A stretch of DNA of 32,000 nt from Ignicoccus islandicus DSM 13165 (lineage in GTDB: Archaea; Thermoproteota; Thermoprotei_A; Sulfolobales; Ignicoccaceae): assembly GCF_001481685.1 (NCBI RefSeq), contig NZ_CP006867.1, forward strand, positions 1,170,001 to 1,202,000, in the 5' to 3' direction. Positions 1-11,958 of this stretch are shown piece after piece. The first letter of the stretch is position 1. The number at the start of each line of letters is the position of its first letter. The position numbers were made by a program, and so were the translations under genes. The notes beneath the pieces are model-generated. The model made no database searches. It was not told where the DNA came from and was given only the letters and a program-made list of their open reading frames with translations.

Positions 1-702
1 AGGCACTTAGACATAGTTGGACCCGAAGATCTGAAGATGAAGATAGAACAACTAAGGGAAATAACTGAATGGAAAGTACCTATAATAGTCAAGTACGCTG
101 CTGGTAGAGTTGCGGACGACGTTAAGATAGCTGCTAAGGCTGGAGCGGACATAATAGTAATAGATGGAAAGCCTTCCGGAACGGGGGCAACGCCCTACAT
201 AGTAACTGAACACACGGGTTACTCCACTATGGCCGCAGTCGTGGAGGCGCACAAGGCCTTAAAGGAGATAGGTTTGAGAGACAAAGTTAGCCTAGTAGTT
301 GGCGGAGGAATAACTAACGGTGCTGACGCCGCTAAGGTGTTAGCTCTGGGAGCAGATGCCGTTATGATAGCTTCCGCAACTTTGGTTCCAATTGGCTGTA
401 CCTACTGTGGAACTTGCCACAACGGCAAATGTCCTTATGGAATTGCAACTCAGAGGCCCGAGCTCAGGAGGAGGATCAACGTTGAATTGGCCGCAAAGAG
501 AATAGAGAATTACTTACGTGCGTTAATTGAAGAGATGTGTATGTTCGCGCAACTTGCAGGAAAGAGCAAATTAAGTAACCTAGAAAAAGAGGACTTGCGC
601 GCGCTAACGCCCGAAGCCTCCCTACTCACGGGCGTTAAGCTAATGGGAATAGAACAACCAATGGAGTCGCTGCTTAAGAGGAACTCTCAGAGAGGCCAGT
701 AA
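1..702 (+). CDS. Glutamate synthase-related FMN-binding protein (GltB domain-2 type), C-terminal part; the 5' end lies upstream of the window
   Basis: Frame 1 is open from base 1, with no stop before the listed Met at 37. The translation has VVGGGITNGADAAKVLALGADAVMIASA (phosphate-binding end of an FMN TIM barrel). This is followed by the Cys cluster CTYCGTCHNGKCPYGIATQ, typical of archaeal-type GltB-like proteins. Confidence 0.8.
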   Translation, partial: RHLDIVGPEDLKMKIEQLREITEWKVPIIVKYAAGRVADDVKIAAKAGADIIVIDGKPSGTGATPYIVTEHTGYSTMAAVVEAHKALKEIGLRDKVSLVVGGGITNGADAAKVLALGADAVMIASATLVPIGCTYCGTCHNGKCPYGIATQRPELRRRINVELAAKRIENYLRALIEEMCMFAQLAGKSKLSNLEKEDLRALTPEASLLTGVKLMGIEQPMESLLKRNSQRGQ

Positions 703-1721
703 CTCCTCAACTCCACTTTTACGTTTTCCACGTAGTGTTCCACTTCTTCCATTGGTATAGCCTCTACAGATGTCTTTTCAGAGAAGATTTGCTTCCTCCC
801 CGCTAGCGTCGCGTTTAAAGTACTCTTCGCAACAACCCATTCAACGTATCCGCCTTCTAATGCTATTACAATAGGGATTCCCATACTCTCTGCGAAATAG
901 TATATCTCGTTGATTAGCTGCCATTGGCCGTTGAGCGTTAATGAGAATTCCGCTAGCGGGTCCTCCCAATGGGTGTCCCAACCAGCTGAGACTAAAATGA
1001 GATTGGGTTGATATGCCTCTAATATTGGTAACGCGATCCTGTCGAACGCATATAGTATTTGATCATCGTTCGTCCCAGGAGGCAACGCTATGTTTACAGT
1101 ATACCCTTCGCCCTTTCCCCTTCCCTTTTGGTAAGGGAAGCCCTCGAAAGGATATAACGTTCGAGGGTCTTGATGAGTGCTTATGTAAAGTACCTCATCA
1201 GTATCGTAGAAGATATACGCTGTCCCATCGCCCCAATGCACGTCGATGTCTATGATAGCAACCTTTAAACCGAGTCTCCTAGCTTTTTCGGCTGCCAAGG
1301 CCACGTTATTGAATATACAGAAACCCTTGCCCTTGTTCCTTCTAGCGTGATGGCCCGGCGGTCTTACAGCGGTTACGGCCAAGTAGTGTTTGCCTTCAAT
1401 TGCATTCATTGCTGCGTAGCTCACAGTTCCAGCAGCCGCTAGCGCCGCTTCCCAGCTATCGCCTGATACGTAAGTATCAGGGTCTAGCATACCACCGCCG
1501 ACTTCGACCATCTGCTTAACGTAGGCAACGTACTCCGGGTCGTGAATCAAATGTAACTCTTTCTCATCTACCAAAACTGGGGAACGGACCTCAACCTCGC
1601 TTCCCAGCTCAGTTCTCTTTAAGAGATCTAGAATGGCCTTGATCCTTCCGGGGTGTTCCGGGTGTCGAAATGGAGGGGTATGTTTTAGGAACACTTCTCC
1701 AATATAAAGGGCTCTCTCCAT
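687..1721 (-). CDS. Histone deacetylase / acetoin-utilisation (AcuC) / acetylpolyamine amidohydrolase family protein
   Basis: 344-aa ORF with class I/II HDAC motifs: HPExPxR (HPEHPGRI), RPPGHHA, and the metal ligands DIDVHWGDGT and EGGY. It overlaps the convergent upstream gene by 16 nt. Confidence 0.85.
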   Translation of the reverse strand: MERALYIGEVFLKHTPPFRHPEHPGRIKAILDLLKRTELGSEVEVRSPVLVDEKELHLIHDPEYVAYVKQMVEVGGGMLDPDTYVSGDSWEAALAAAGTVSYAAMNAIEGKHYLAVTAVRPPGHHARRNKGKGFCIFNNVALAAEKARRLGLKVAIIDIDVHWGDGTAYIFYDTDEVLYISTHQDPRTLYPFEGFPYQKGRGKGEGYTVNIALPPGTNDDQILYAFDRIALPILEAYQPNLILVSAGWDTHWEDPLAEFSLTLNGQWQLINEIYYFAESMGIPIVIALEGGYVEWVVAKSTLNATLAGRKQIFSEKTSVEAIPMEEVEHYVENVKVELRSYWPL

Positions 1722-1785
1722 GATTCAAGTCCAATGAGAAATGTGAGTCAAAGAAGGATAAAAAAGTGGTTTTAGATATATTAGG

Positions 1786-4143
1786 TTAACCTACAACGAT
1801 TACGCTTGTAGTATACATAGATGGCCAGAAGGCCTCTTTGCTGTATGCTATTACCTTTACGGTATAGGTACCGGAGGTCCAGTTCTGAGTTTCTTCGCTC
1901 GTTATAGTTATGGTGTACTTACCGGGTGCCTTCTCCTTGGCGAAATCGGAGTAGACGAGCTTTCCGTCAGCTGAGTAGATAGCAACGAAGACCTTAGCAT
2001 CGCTTAAGGGGGTCTTGGAGTTCTTGTCGATTACGTTAACAGTTACAGTTAACTCTTGACCTCTTATCAGTAAGGGCTTGTCAGTAGTTAGAGATGTTAC
2101 CTGTGCGAACTTAACGTTCTCGTAAGCTAGGTATTCGAATTGATCTGCACTGAAGGGATATCCCTCGTTTCTGAATGCCTTAAGTATGGCTGAATCGGTA
2201 GTTGGATCGTAAGAGTCTAGGTATAGGGGTCCATTACCTATTACCATGTGGTTGTGCTTCTTTATGAAGTCTATTACAGCTTGATAGTTAGGCTTTGGCT
2301 TGGCACCAATGAGTTCGCACATCTCCTTTACTTGCTCTGGTACTACGCCCTTCTTCGCATCATCTTCAAGGTTCTTTAGAACTATCTTTACGTGGTCTGG
2401 GTTGAGGCTGTCTAGCCATTCGCCTCCCTTAGTTTCAGCTTCCGTCGGACTGAACGCCAGTTTGCTGTTTAGCACGGACTGCTCCATAGCGTATAATAGT
2501 TCCCACGGTACGCTAGGAGCTAGTACTGAAGTTGCTGTATCCGCTAGCTCGTTGGGATCGAAGTGGCTCATGTCAGTATAGATTACTATATCGGTTGGAG
2601 ACTTAACTAATACTCCCTTGAAGTTCTCTATCCAAGTGCTATAGGTACTAGCCACGTAGCTGTCATACTTGGCATCGTCCTTTCCGCTCTTCGTACCCCA
2701 CTCGGTAACTAGATATATCCAGTAGAGCATGTCACTTACTCTAACGTTCTGACCGGTATGGAATACGCCTAAGTTCCTCAGGTTTAGTTCGACAGCATAC
2801 TTAGCCTTAGTTCCAGGCTTGACGTGAACCCACTTGTGGGTCTTGTAATCGTAAGTGATGGCTTTCTCGGGAACCTCTACGTTTTCGTAGACTTTCCAGC
2901 TCTTAGCTAAGAGCGGTATCTTGTCTCCAGTGTAGGGGTTGTTCCACATAAACGGTTCAATTAGACCTTGGTGTATTATAACGCTGTAGAAGTCTTGGTA
3001 TCCACCTACAGGGTTCCAAGCCCACTTGTGTACGTACTTAGTACCTATCTTTAACTCCTTTGCATCGCCTTCGTAAGATATCATTTCGGTCCATCTGTTA
3101 CCTATTCCGGCAGCGAGGTCAACGACAACATCCTTTACGTCCTTTCCGGCAACGAAGCCATTAATCGGAGCTACCACGAATATCCTAACGGATTCTTCAA
3201 TTCCTTTCTTCACTAGTTTATTGAGGAGTTCGTCTCTTTCGGCCTTGGAGGAGTACTTACCGCTAGCTAGGGCCTTTCCTAAGTCATCCAGTTCCTTGTT
3301 CTTGTAATTGCAGAAGGTCGGTTCGCCCCATCCCGGCATGTAGCCAAAGAAGGGCGAGTACATTTGGTATACAGTACCTTCATTGTACTTAGTCATTGCA
3401 GAACTGCCCCAGCCCTCGGTGTACAGGCTCCAAGTGTACTTGCCCGGATCGCTACTGTAGACTAGTTGGTAGGCCTTCATGAAGTCTCCATATATTCTCT
3501 CAACTTTGAATCCTAACTTCTCTAAGTTAGTAGCTAACATATCGCCTATTTGCTTCCTTATCGGATCATCGCTTCTTATCATGAACTTAATAACTATTGG
3601 CTTACCTTTGTAGTACCACTTACCGTCCTTTAGTTCCGCTCCAGCCTTAGTGAGAGCGTTAGTTATCATTTCCTTAGCCTTTTCGAAGTCATACTTGAAA
3701 TTGAATTGCGCTAGCGTCTCGAGTACGTCAAGGTAGTCCGGGTTTACTGGGGACAGCGGGCTAATCATTGAGAACCCGTAACCGTTGAGGACGTTGGTAA
3801 CGACGGCTTGCCTGTCAATGAGGTAGTTTAGAGCAAACCTCACCTCTCTTATACTGAATGGGTTGAAAGGTCCGCCCATGTCTTGGGTAGGGCACGGATT
3901 CACTAGTATGTCGTCCATACCACCTAGCGCTAAGTAGACCTTAACGTTCGGGTTCTTTTGCAACTGGGTTATCATGTATGGCGGAATGCCCCAGAAATAC
4001 ATGTCTAATTTTCCGTGAAGAACGTCTTGCACTGCCAGCGAAGCGTCCGTATACCTCTTTATAACTTCCATTTCGGTCTTTGCGCCTGGTAAGGCTAGCG
4101 TTAGGAAGGCAAAGGTAAGAAATAAGGCAAGTACCTTCTTCAT
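1786..4143 (-). CDS. Extracellular solute-binding protein, family 5 (oligopeptide/dipeptide-type ABC substrate-binding protein) with an extra C-terminal beta-rich domain
   Basis: The ORF 1786..4179 was trimmed to the internal ATG at 4143, which gives a signal-peptide-like N-terminus MKKVLALFLTFAFLTLALPGAKT. The body has SBP_bac_5-like segments (NPFSIREVRFALNYLIDRQAVVTNVLNGYG). A TATA-like aaatattta lies at about 4183-4191. Confidence 0.75.
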   Translation of the reverse strand: MKKVLALFLTFAFLTLALPGAKTEMEVIKRYTDASLAVQDVLHGKLDMYFWGIPPYMITQLQKNPNVKVYLALGGMDDILVNPCPTQDMGGPFNPFSIREVRFALNYLIDRQAVVTNVLNGYGFSMISPLSPVNPDYLDVLETLAQFNFKYDFEKAKEMITNALTKAGAELKDGKWYYKGKPIVIKFMIRSDDPIRKQIGDMLATNLEKLGFKVERIYGDFMKAYQLVYSSDPGKYTWSLYTEGWGSSAMTKYNEGTVYQMYSPFFGYMPGWGEPTFCNYKNKELDDLGKALASGKYSSKAERDELLNKLVKKGIEESVRIFVVAPINGFVAGKDVKDVVVDLAAGIGNRWTEMISYEGDAKELKIGTKYVHKWAWNPVGGYQDFYSVIIHQGLIEPFMWNNPYTGDKIPLLAKSWKVYENVEVPEKAITYDYKTHKWVHVKPGTKAKYAVELNLRNLGVFHTGQNVRVSDMLYWIYLVTEWGTKSGKDDAKYDSYVASTYSTWIENFKGVLVKSPTDIVIYTDMSHFDPNELADTATSVLAPSVPWELLYAMEQSVLNSKLAFSPTEAETKGGEWLDSLNPDHVKIVLKNLEDDAKKGVVPEQVKEMCELIGAKPKPNYQAVIDFIKKHNHMVIGNGPLYLDSYDPTTDSAILKAFRNEGYPFSADQFEYLAYENVKFAQVTSLTTDKPLLIRGQELTVTVNVIDKNSKTPLSDAKVFVAIYSADGKLVYSDFAKEKAPGKYTITITSEETQNWTSGTYTVKVIAYSKEAFWPSMYTTSVIVVG

Positions 4144-4220
4144 GCCAATGACACCTTCTCTCAGTAAACGTCCATTCAACGAAATATTTAAGAATATCTC
4201 TTAGGCGATAGAACACACCG

Positions 4221-4272
4221 ATGAGGAAATGCACCTCCTCAGAAACTTAATGTTGAGATGGTAAGGTTCCGA
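4221..4272 (+). ncRNA. Candidate C/D box sRNA, unit 1 of a tandem pair (variant boxes)
   Basis: C = AUGAGGA (4221-4227), 12-nt guide, D' = CAGA (4240-4243), 6-nt spacer, C' = AUGUUGA (4250-4256), 12-nt guide, D = CCGA (4269-4272). The spacing is exactly the archaeal 12-nt rule. It lies in a 196-nt intergenic region. Confidence 0.3.
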
Positions 4273-4276
4273 GGGA

Positions 4277-4331
4277 ATGAGGAAGGGATGGGGTTCCGAA
4301 TAAAGCGATGTGGAACGGCAAGTCCCTCCGA
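4277..4331 (+). ncRNA. Candidate C/D box sRNA, unit 2 of a tandem pair (variant boxes)
   Basis: C = AUGAGGA (4277-4283), 12-nt guide, D' = CCGA (4296-4299), 8-nt spacer, C' = AUGUGGA (4308-4314), 13-nt guide, D = CCGA (4328-4331). The C and D variants are the same as in unit 1, but the guides are unrelated. Confidence 0.3.
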
Positions 4332-4339
4332 CCCTAAGT

Positions 4340-4804
4340 TTACCTCAGCACCAAGAGCGCGCCATTGGATGCTAAGAATACTATAGCAGTGGCTATCGCG
4401 TTCCCTACCGCTATAGCTAGAATTACGTCCTTTTGTTTTAGACCAAGCAGGTATCCAGCCAGTGCACCGGTCCAAACTCCGGTTCCAGGCAAAGGAATAC
4501 CAATAAAGAGTATTAGACCTATTGTACCGTATCTCTCTACCTTCTCTGAGGCGTTCCTCTCGGTTCTCTCAATTATCTTATCCAGAATCTTTCTACCTCC
4601 CTTCCACGTTCGGGCTAAGATAATCATTGCCATATTTAGTATATGTTCAATTAGCACGTATACGGCTATTCCAGTGAGCGTCGAAAGAGCGTAACTGATA
4701 AGTATATATAGAGAAGGACAACGAGATGAAACTAGTAATGGAATGGATCCTCTAACCTCAACTACTGGTAATACGGATATTATAGATGCGTAGAGGCAGT
4801 CCAT
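4340..4804 (-). CDS. Small polytopic membrane protein, putative small multidrug-export-like family
   Basis: The ORF 4340..4930 was trimmed to the ATG at 4804; the longer form would overlap the divergent archease start. The sequence has VLPVVEVRGSIPLL near the N-terminus and GIPLPGTGVWTGALAGYLLGL, and several hydrophobic spans. Confidence 0.6.
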   Translation of the reverse strand: MDCLYASIISVLPVVEVRGSIPLLVSSRCPSLYILISYALSTLTGIAVYVLIEHILNMAMIILARTWKGGRKILDKIIERTERNASEKVERYGTIGLILFIGIPLPGTGVWTGALAGYLLGLKQKDVILAIAVGNAIATAIVFLASNGALLVLR

Positions 4805-4903
4805 ACAGTTCAGCCGATCTCTGCTAATCCTGCAGAATTCAAATAGCGTAAGGTTCTCTACAACTAATTTACTAGTCTCTCGAAGTTGCCATGAGGACCC
4901 GAG

Positions 4904-5338
4904 ATGCCGTGTGAAAAGGAATATGAGCACTTACCTCATACTGCAGACGTTATAGTGGTGGGTTATGGGGAAACGCTAGAGGAAGCTTTCGAAAACGCCG
5001 CTAAGGGAACGTTCGCAGTGATAACGGACGTAAATAAAGTAGAGCCTAAAGAATGTAGGACTGTTGAGGACGAAGCAGATGACCTTCAACAAGCCCTTTA
5101 TAAATGGATCGATGACTTGCTTCTTTATTTCGATAGTGAAGGAATGGTTTTTTCGAAGTTCGAAGTAAAATTAACCAAAATAGATGGGAAGTACAAGATA
5201 GAAGGGAAAGCTTGCGGTGAGAAGTTCGATCCTTCTAAACATGAATACGGAACTATTGTAAAGGCAATGACCTATGCTGAAATGAAAATAGAAAAGGTTG
5301 GTGACTGTTGGCGCGTTCAGTTCGTTGTTGATATATAG
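4904..5338 (+). CDS. Archease (RtcB ligase / tRNA methyltransferase accessory protein)
   Basis: 144 aa with the N-terminal HTADVIVVGYGETLEEAFENAAKG and the C-terminal VKAMTYAEMKIEK...WRVQFVVDI, the two signature blocks of the archease family. Confidence 0.85.
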   Translation: MPCEKEYEHLPHTADVIVVGYGETLEEAFENAAKGTFAVITDVNKVEPKECRTVEDEADDLQQALYKWIDDLLLYFDSEGMVFSKFEVKLTKIDGKYKIEGKACGEKFDPSKHEYGTIVKAMTYAEMKIEKVGDCWRVQFVVDI

Positions 5339-5634
5339 ACTTCTTCTTTCTTCAGTATCTCTTCCACAAGCTCTAATTTATTGTGAAGTTCTTCTAATAA
5401 CTCCACAGGTACCTTCTCCATTTTTAGTACTACTTCGTTTCCATTGATCTCTACTAGTCCGAATGCTTTAAGCTCAGTAACGAACTCTTCAATCTCAGGG
5501 TAAAGCTCACCTAGAATTTCGACCCCATTTTTAGAGAGCTTGGCGACGATCTCACCGAGCTTCGTTAGGTCGATTTTTCCGTTAATTAAGAAGAGTATTA
5601 CAGCTAGCTCCCTCGGCGTTACAATTATTCGCAC
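5317..5634 (-). CDS. Hypothetical small protein, possibly winged-helix-like
   Basis: The track ORF 5317..5682 starts at a TTG that sits inside a TATA-like box (minus-strand ATTATAA, plus 5672-5678). The in-frame GTG at 5634 is about 40 nt downstream of that box and fits a short-leader transcript. The sequence has no recognisable catalytic motif and an acidic helical C-terminus. Confidence 0.4.
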   Translation of the reverse strand: MRIIVTPRELAVILFLINGKIDLTKLGEIVAKLSKNGVEILGELYPEIEEFVTELKAFGLVEINGNEVVLKMEKVPVELLEELHNKLELVEEILKKEEVYISTTN

Positions 5635-5765
5635 ACTGGTCCCTTTATCTAAGTAGTCTCCCTCGCACCCCTTATAATCCAAGGAACCCCCGTTATCACA
5701 TTACCCATTTAAGAACCACTAACTGTAAGACGAAAGTATCACTTTACAGAATCGAACCATCAAAC

Positions 5766-5772
5766 TTTATAA
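5766..5772 (+). promoter_or_regulatory. TATA box candidate for the taw1 gene
   Basis: TTTATAA at 5766-5772 in an AT-rich intergenic region. It lies about 40 nt upstream of the GTG at 5811 and 67 nt upstream of the ATG at 5839. Confidence 0.4.
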
Positions 5773-5810
5773 TTTCCGAAATGCGAACGACGAGGTGATG
5801 AGAAATATCG

Positions 5811-6848
5811 GTGAAAGCGGACGCTATTGCGCAAATAATGGATAGATTAAGGAAAGCTGGTTACCACATAGTTGGAACGCACTCTGCAGTTAAGAAGTGT
5901 CATTGGACCCACGTGGCGCTAACTCAGAGGAGGTTCTGCTATAAGTGTAAGTTCTATGGAATAGCTTCTCACAGATGTCTTCAAATGACTCCAGCCGTCA
6001 TATGGTGCTGGTTGAGGTGTCTGCATTGTTGGAGAGCCGAGCCGGGTGACTTGGGAGTTCAATGGGACGACACGGGACTGCCGGTAGTCGATGATCCGGA
6101 GTTTATAGTAGAGAAGACGATCGAAGAGCAGAGGAAGATAATAAGCGGTTACAAGGGTCACCCCAAAGTTTCCCCAGAAATGTTTGAGGAAGCTATGAAC
6201 CCAAAGCACGTTGCAATTAGCCTTTCTGGAGAGCCTACGTTGTATCCTCTCCTTAGCGACCTAATTGAAGAATACCATAAGAGAGGGATGACTACCTTCC
6301 TCGTAACTCACGGTGTCAGGCCTGACGTACTGGCTGAGTTAAATCCCGAACCAACGCAACTATACTTAAGCTTAGAAGCGTGGGACGAGAAGAGCTTCAA
6401 GGAATTCAACCGGCCAATCTTGCCGGGTCTATGGAACGCAGTCTTAACTTCCCTAGACCTACTCCCCAGTTTCTCTTCTCCTACGGTAATCAGAGTAACT
6501 CTCGTGAAAGGCTTTAACGACAAACCCGAGGCGTTGAAGGGGTTGGCTAAGTTAATAGAAAGAGGATACCCAACGTACGTTGAAGTTAAGGCATACATGA
6601 ACGTAGGTTACTCGAGATATAGGTTGACGAAAGAGAACATGCCTAGGCATAATGAGGTTAGGGAGTTCGCCGAGAAGCTAGCTGAAGAGATAGGCTATAA
6701 AGTCTTGGATGAACAAAGATCCAGCCGCGTAGTTTTGCTCTCGAGACTAGATAAGCCCATAAGAGTGGGTGAAGGTTGTCCGGGAGGCAATGCTGGAGAG
6801 GACTTACCGGAAGGCGAAGAATACAGGATGAGTGAGAAAATAAAATAA
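5811..6848 (+). CDS. taw1: tRNA 4-demethylwyosine synthase (radical SAM, Taw1/TYW1 family)
   Basis: Contains CYKCKFYGIASHRCLQMTPAVIWCWLRCLHCWR (auxiliary cluster Cys plus a radical-SAM CxxxCxxC-like LRCLHCW) and AISLSGEPTLYP, as in archaeal Taw1. The start is a GTG at 5811; an ATG at 5839 is an alternative. Confidence 0.85.
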   Translation: MKADAIAQIMDRLRKAGYHIVGTHSAVKKCHWTHVALTQRRFCYKCKFYGIASHRCLQMTPAVIWCWLRCLHCWRAEPGDLGVQWDDTGLPVVDDPEFIVEKTIEEQRKIISGYKGHPKVSPEMFEEAMNPKHVAISLSGEPTLYPLLSDLIEEYHKRGMTTFLVTHGVRPDVLAELNPEPTQLYLSLEAWDEKSFKEFNRPILPGLWNAVLTSLDLLPSFSSPTVIRVTLVKGFNDKPEALKGLAKLIERGYPTYVEVKAYMNVGYSRYRLTKENMPRHNEVREFAEKLAEEIGYKVLDEQRSSRVVLLSRLDKPIRVGEGCPGGNAGEDLPEGEEYRMSEKIK

Positions 6849-6865
6849 AAAGTATTGAGAAATTT

Positions 6866-6882
6866 CTATTTTAATAAAATAG
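6866..6882. terminator. AT-rich perfect palindrome between convergent genes (possible bidirectional terminator region)
   Basis: ctattttaataaaatag is a perfect 8+1+8 palindrome. It provides T-runs on both strands between the taw1 stop (6848) and the cdc48 stop (6885). Confidence 0.3.
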
Positions 6883-6884
6883 TG

Positions 6885-10474
<3,590 letters not shown>

Positions 10475-10550
10475 TTTAACATTCCAGTTGGCTTAGAGGC
10501 GGGGAAGCGAATATAACTGATGAATCGGTGCAAATATAGGACGAAATGCA

Positions 10551-10832
10551 TTGGACGCTTGGAGGAAAACTGCCGAAGAGTACTTGTGGATGGCCGATAT
10601 ACTTAGCACAATGGGGAGGTACTCAGGAGCTCTACTCCTTCTCTGCCATGCATACGACGTATGCATGAAATGGCGCAACGGTGACCAGGATAAGACACCG
10701 TTCAAATACGTCCCTAAGGAATGCCCGACATTAATATTCCCCTCTGGGGACGAGACTCCAGAGGACCTAGTCACGCTAGACCACGTAATTGAGATGAGCG
10801 CCAAAGTAAAGAAGTGCTTAGGTCTTCAATGA
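10551..10832 (+). CDS. Hypothetical small helical protein (start uncertain)
   Basis: This 93-aa ORF starts at a TTG; an in-frame ATG at 10590 is an alternative. It looks more protein-like than the Ser-rich antisense ORF 10493..10804. No diagnostic motif was found. Confidence 0.3.
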   Translation: MDAWRKTAEEYLWMADILSTMGRYSGALLLLCHAYDVCMKWRNGDQDKTPFKYVPKECPTLIFPSGDETPEDLVTLDHVIEMSAKVKKCLGLQ

Positions 10833-10890
10833 TGTGGAATCCGGGAGCCGAGCCATAACAAAGGGCAATGAAGACTAGACTCGCAGCTGA
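10829..10890 (+). ncRNA. Candidate C/D box sRNA
   Basis: C = AUGAUGU (10829-10835), 12-nt guide GGAAUCCGGGAG, D' = CCGA (10848-10851), 16-nt spacer, C' = AUGAAGA (10868-10874), 12-nt guide CUAGACUCGCAG, D = CUGA (10887-10890). It overlaps the stop of the preceding small ORF. Confidence 0.4.
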
Positions 10891-10902
10891 GGGAGTTTAG
10901 GG

Positions 10903-11958
10903 TTGTTTGGGCTCATGGGAATAGCTGTAGAGTACGCGTTAGCCGTCTTTCTTCCAATAGCTGCTTTACTAGCCTACTTCTACCTCGCTTCATTGAGGGC
11001 CCTTCTCTTAGGTTCACCGAGAGCTAAGAACTCGGTTATACTACTTGGAATGACGCTATTGTGGTTGTCAGCTATACCGGGTCCAATAGTATTCATTGGA
11101 GCCTTTCTAGTTTCAATAGTCCTCTTTGCGCTCATATGGTGGCCCAGAATTGGTAACAAAAGACCGTCCATTAGGGAATTGCTTAGATCAATTAAACTAT
11201 CGAACTTGAAGTCGAAGTTCCGTGAAGGCTGTAAGAGCTTTGCTGGGTGTTTAGTGAGGTACGTCCTATCCTGGCCAGCCGGTGCCGTCTTCGCCGTAAC
11301 GCTTCAAGGCATTCTCTCGCCCCTAGTGATGTTCATATTAGGATATGAAGCCAACTCGAACGTAAACTTACCCAAGTTCGTTCAAGAAAATAAGTTAGCC
11401 GAGACCGCTAAGAAGATATTGAGGTACTTAATGGCTTTAATCGCTTGGGCGTTCGCAATTCTAAATATCATTACTAACGTTCTAATGCCCAGATGGATAA
11501 TAGTCCAAGAAAAGATCGTTAGCGGAGAAGTGAAAGGGTTACCGCTAGCAGCGAGACTCCTCTCCCAAGTTATCGGGAAAGAGGCATCCTACGTTTACGG
11601 GGTACTAGTTGTAATCCTTGCTCTGTATACAGCATATAGGGCATATCAATACGTTTCTAAACGTCTCAACGATGCCTACTTAATAACTATCCTGAGCCCG
11701 TTCGTAGCGTTCGCGATATCTGCTAACAAATTAGGTGAACCTTTAACATCGATAGGTTACGCAATTGGTATGAGCGTGGCTTTAAGACCTATCAGTCTCC
11801 CTAACGCAAATGTAATGAAAGGACCTGCTAGGATTAAAGAGATAACCGTTAAAGTGACAGAAAGACTAGGTCGAGCCATATTGGAATATGAGGTTCCGTT
11901 AGGACCGTTAGCTTGGTTGCTCGGGGTGGCGGAAAATGGAGGAAAGAGAAATAAATAA
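10903..11958 (+). CDS. Polytopic integral membrane protein, function unknown
   Basis: 351-aa ORF with multiple long hydrophobic segments and no catalytic motif. The start is a TTG at 10903 or an ATG at 10915. Confidence 0.55.
   Translation: MFGLMGIAVEYALAVFLPIAALLAYFYLASLRALLLGSPRAKNSVILLGMTLLWLSAIPGPIVFIGAFLVSIVLFALIWWPRIGNKRPSIRELLRSIKLSNLKSKFREGCKSFAGCLVRYVLSWPAGAVFAVTLQGILSPLVMFILGYEANSNVNLPKFVQENKLAETAKKILRYLMALIAWAFAILNIITNVLMPRWIIVQEKIVSGEVKGLPLAARLLSQVIGKEASYVYGVLVVILALYTAYRAYQYVSKRLNDAYLITILSPFVAFAISANKLGEPLTSIGYAIGMSVALRPISLPNANVMKGPARIKEITVKVTERLGRAILEYEVPLGPLAWLLGVAENGGKRNK

Noticed and set aside
4144-4179. The N-terminal extensions in the ORF track for the binding protein (12 aa), for cdc48 (35 aa, 9054-9158) and for the small membrane protein (42 aa, 4805-4930).
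   Set aside because: Internal ATGs give canonical N-termini (a signal peptide, the CDC48 N-domain start, the first transmembrane segment). The extensions would run over promoters or neighbouring genes.
3941-4234. A 97-aa minus-strand ORF starting at a GTG preceded by a GAGGAGG-like sequence, overlapping the start of the binding-protein gene.
   Set aside because: It is out of frame with the well-supported binding-protein gene, and its translation is Arg/Ser-rich and implausible. The purine run is better explained as part of the candidate sRNA region on the other strand, or as chance.
5795-5801. A perfect C-box sequence GUGAUGA upstream of taw1.
   Set aside because: There is no D' or D box (CUGA/CCGA) at 12-nt spacing downstream. 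The sequence is more simply a purine-rich leader or SD-like element.
10551-10832. A HEPN-domain call for the 93-aa ORF, based on its helical A-x-x-Y-L-x-x-A pattern.
   Set aside because: There is no R-x4-6-H motif and no adjacent nucleotidyltransferase partner. It was left as hypothetical.
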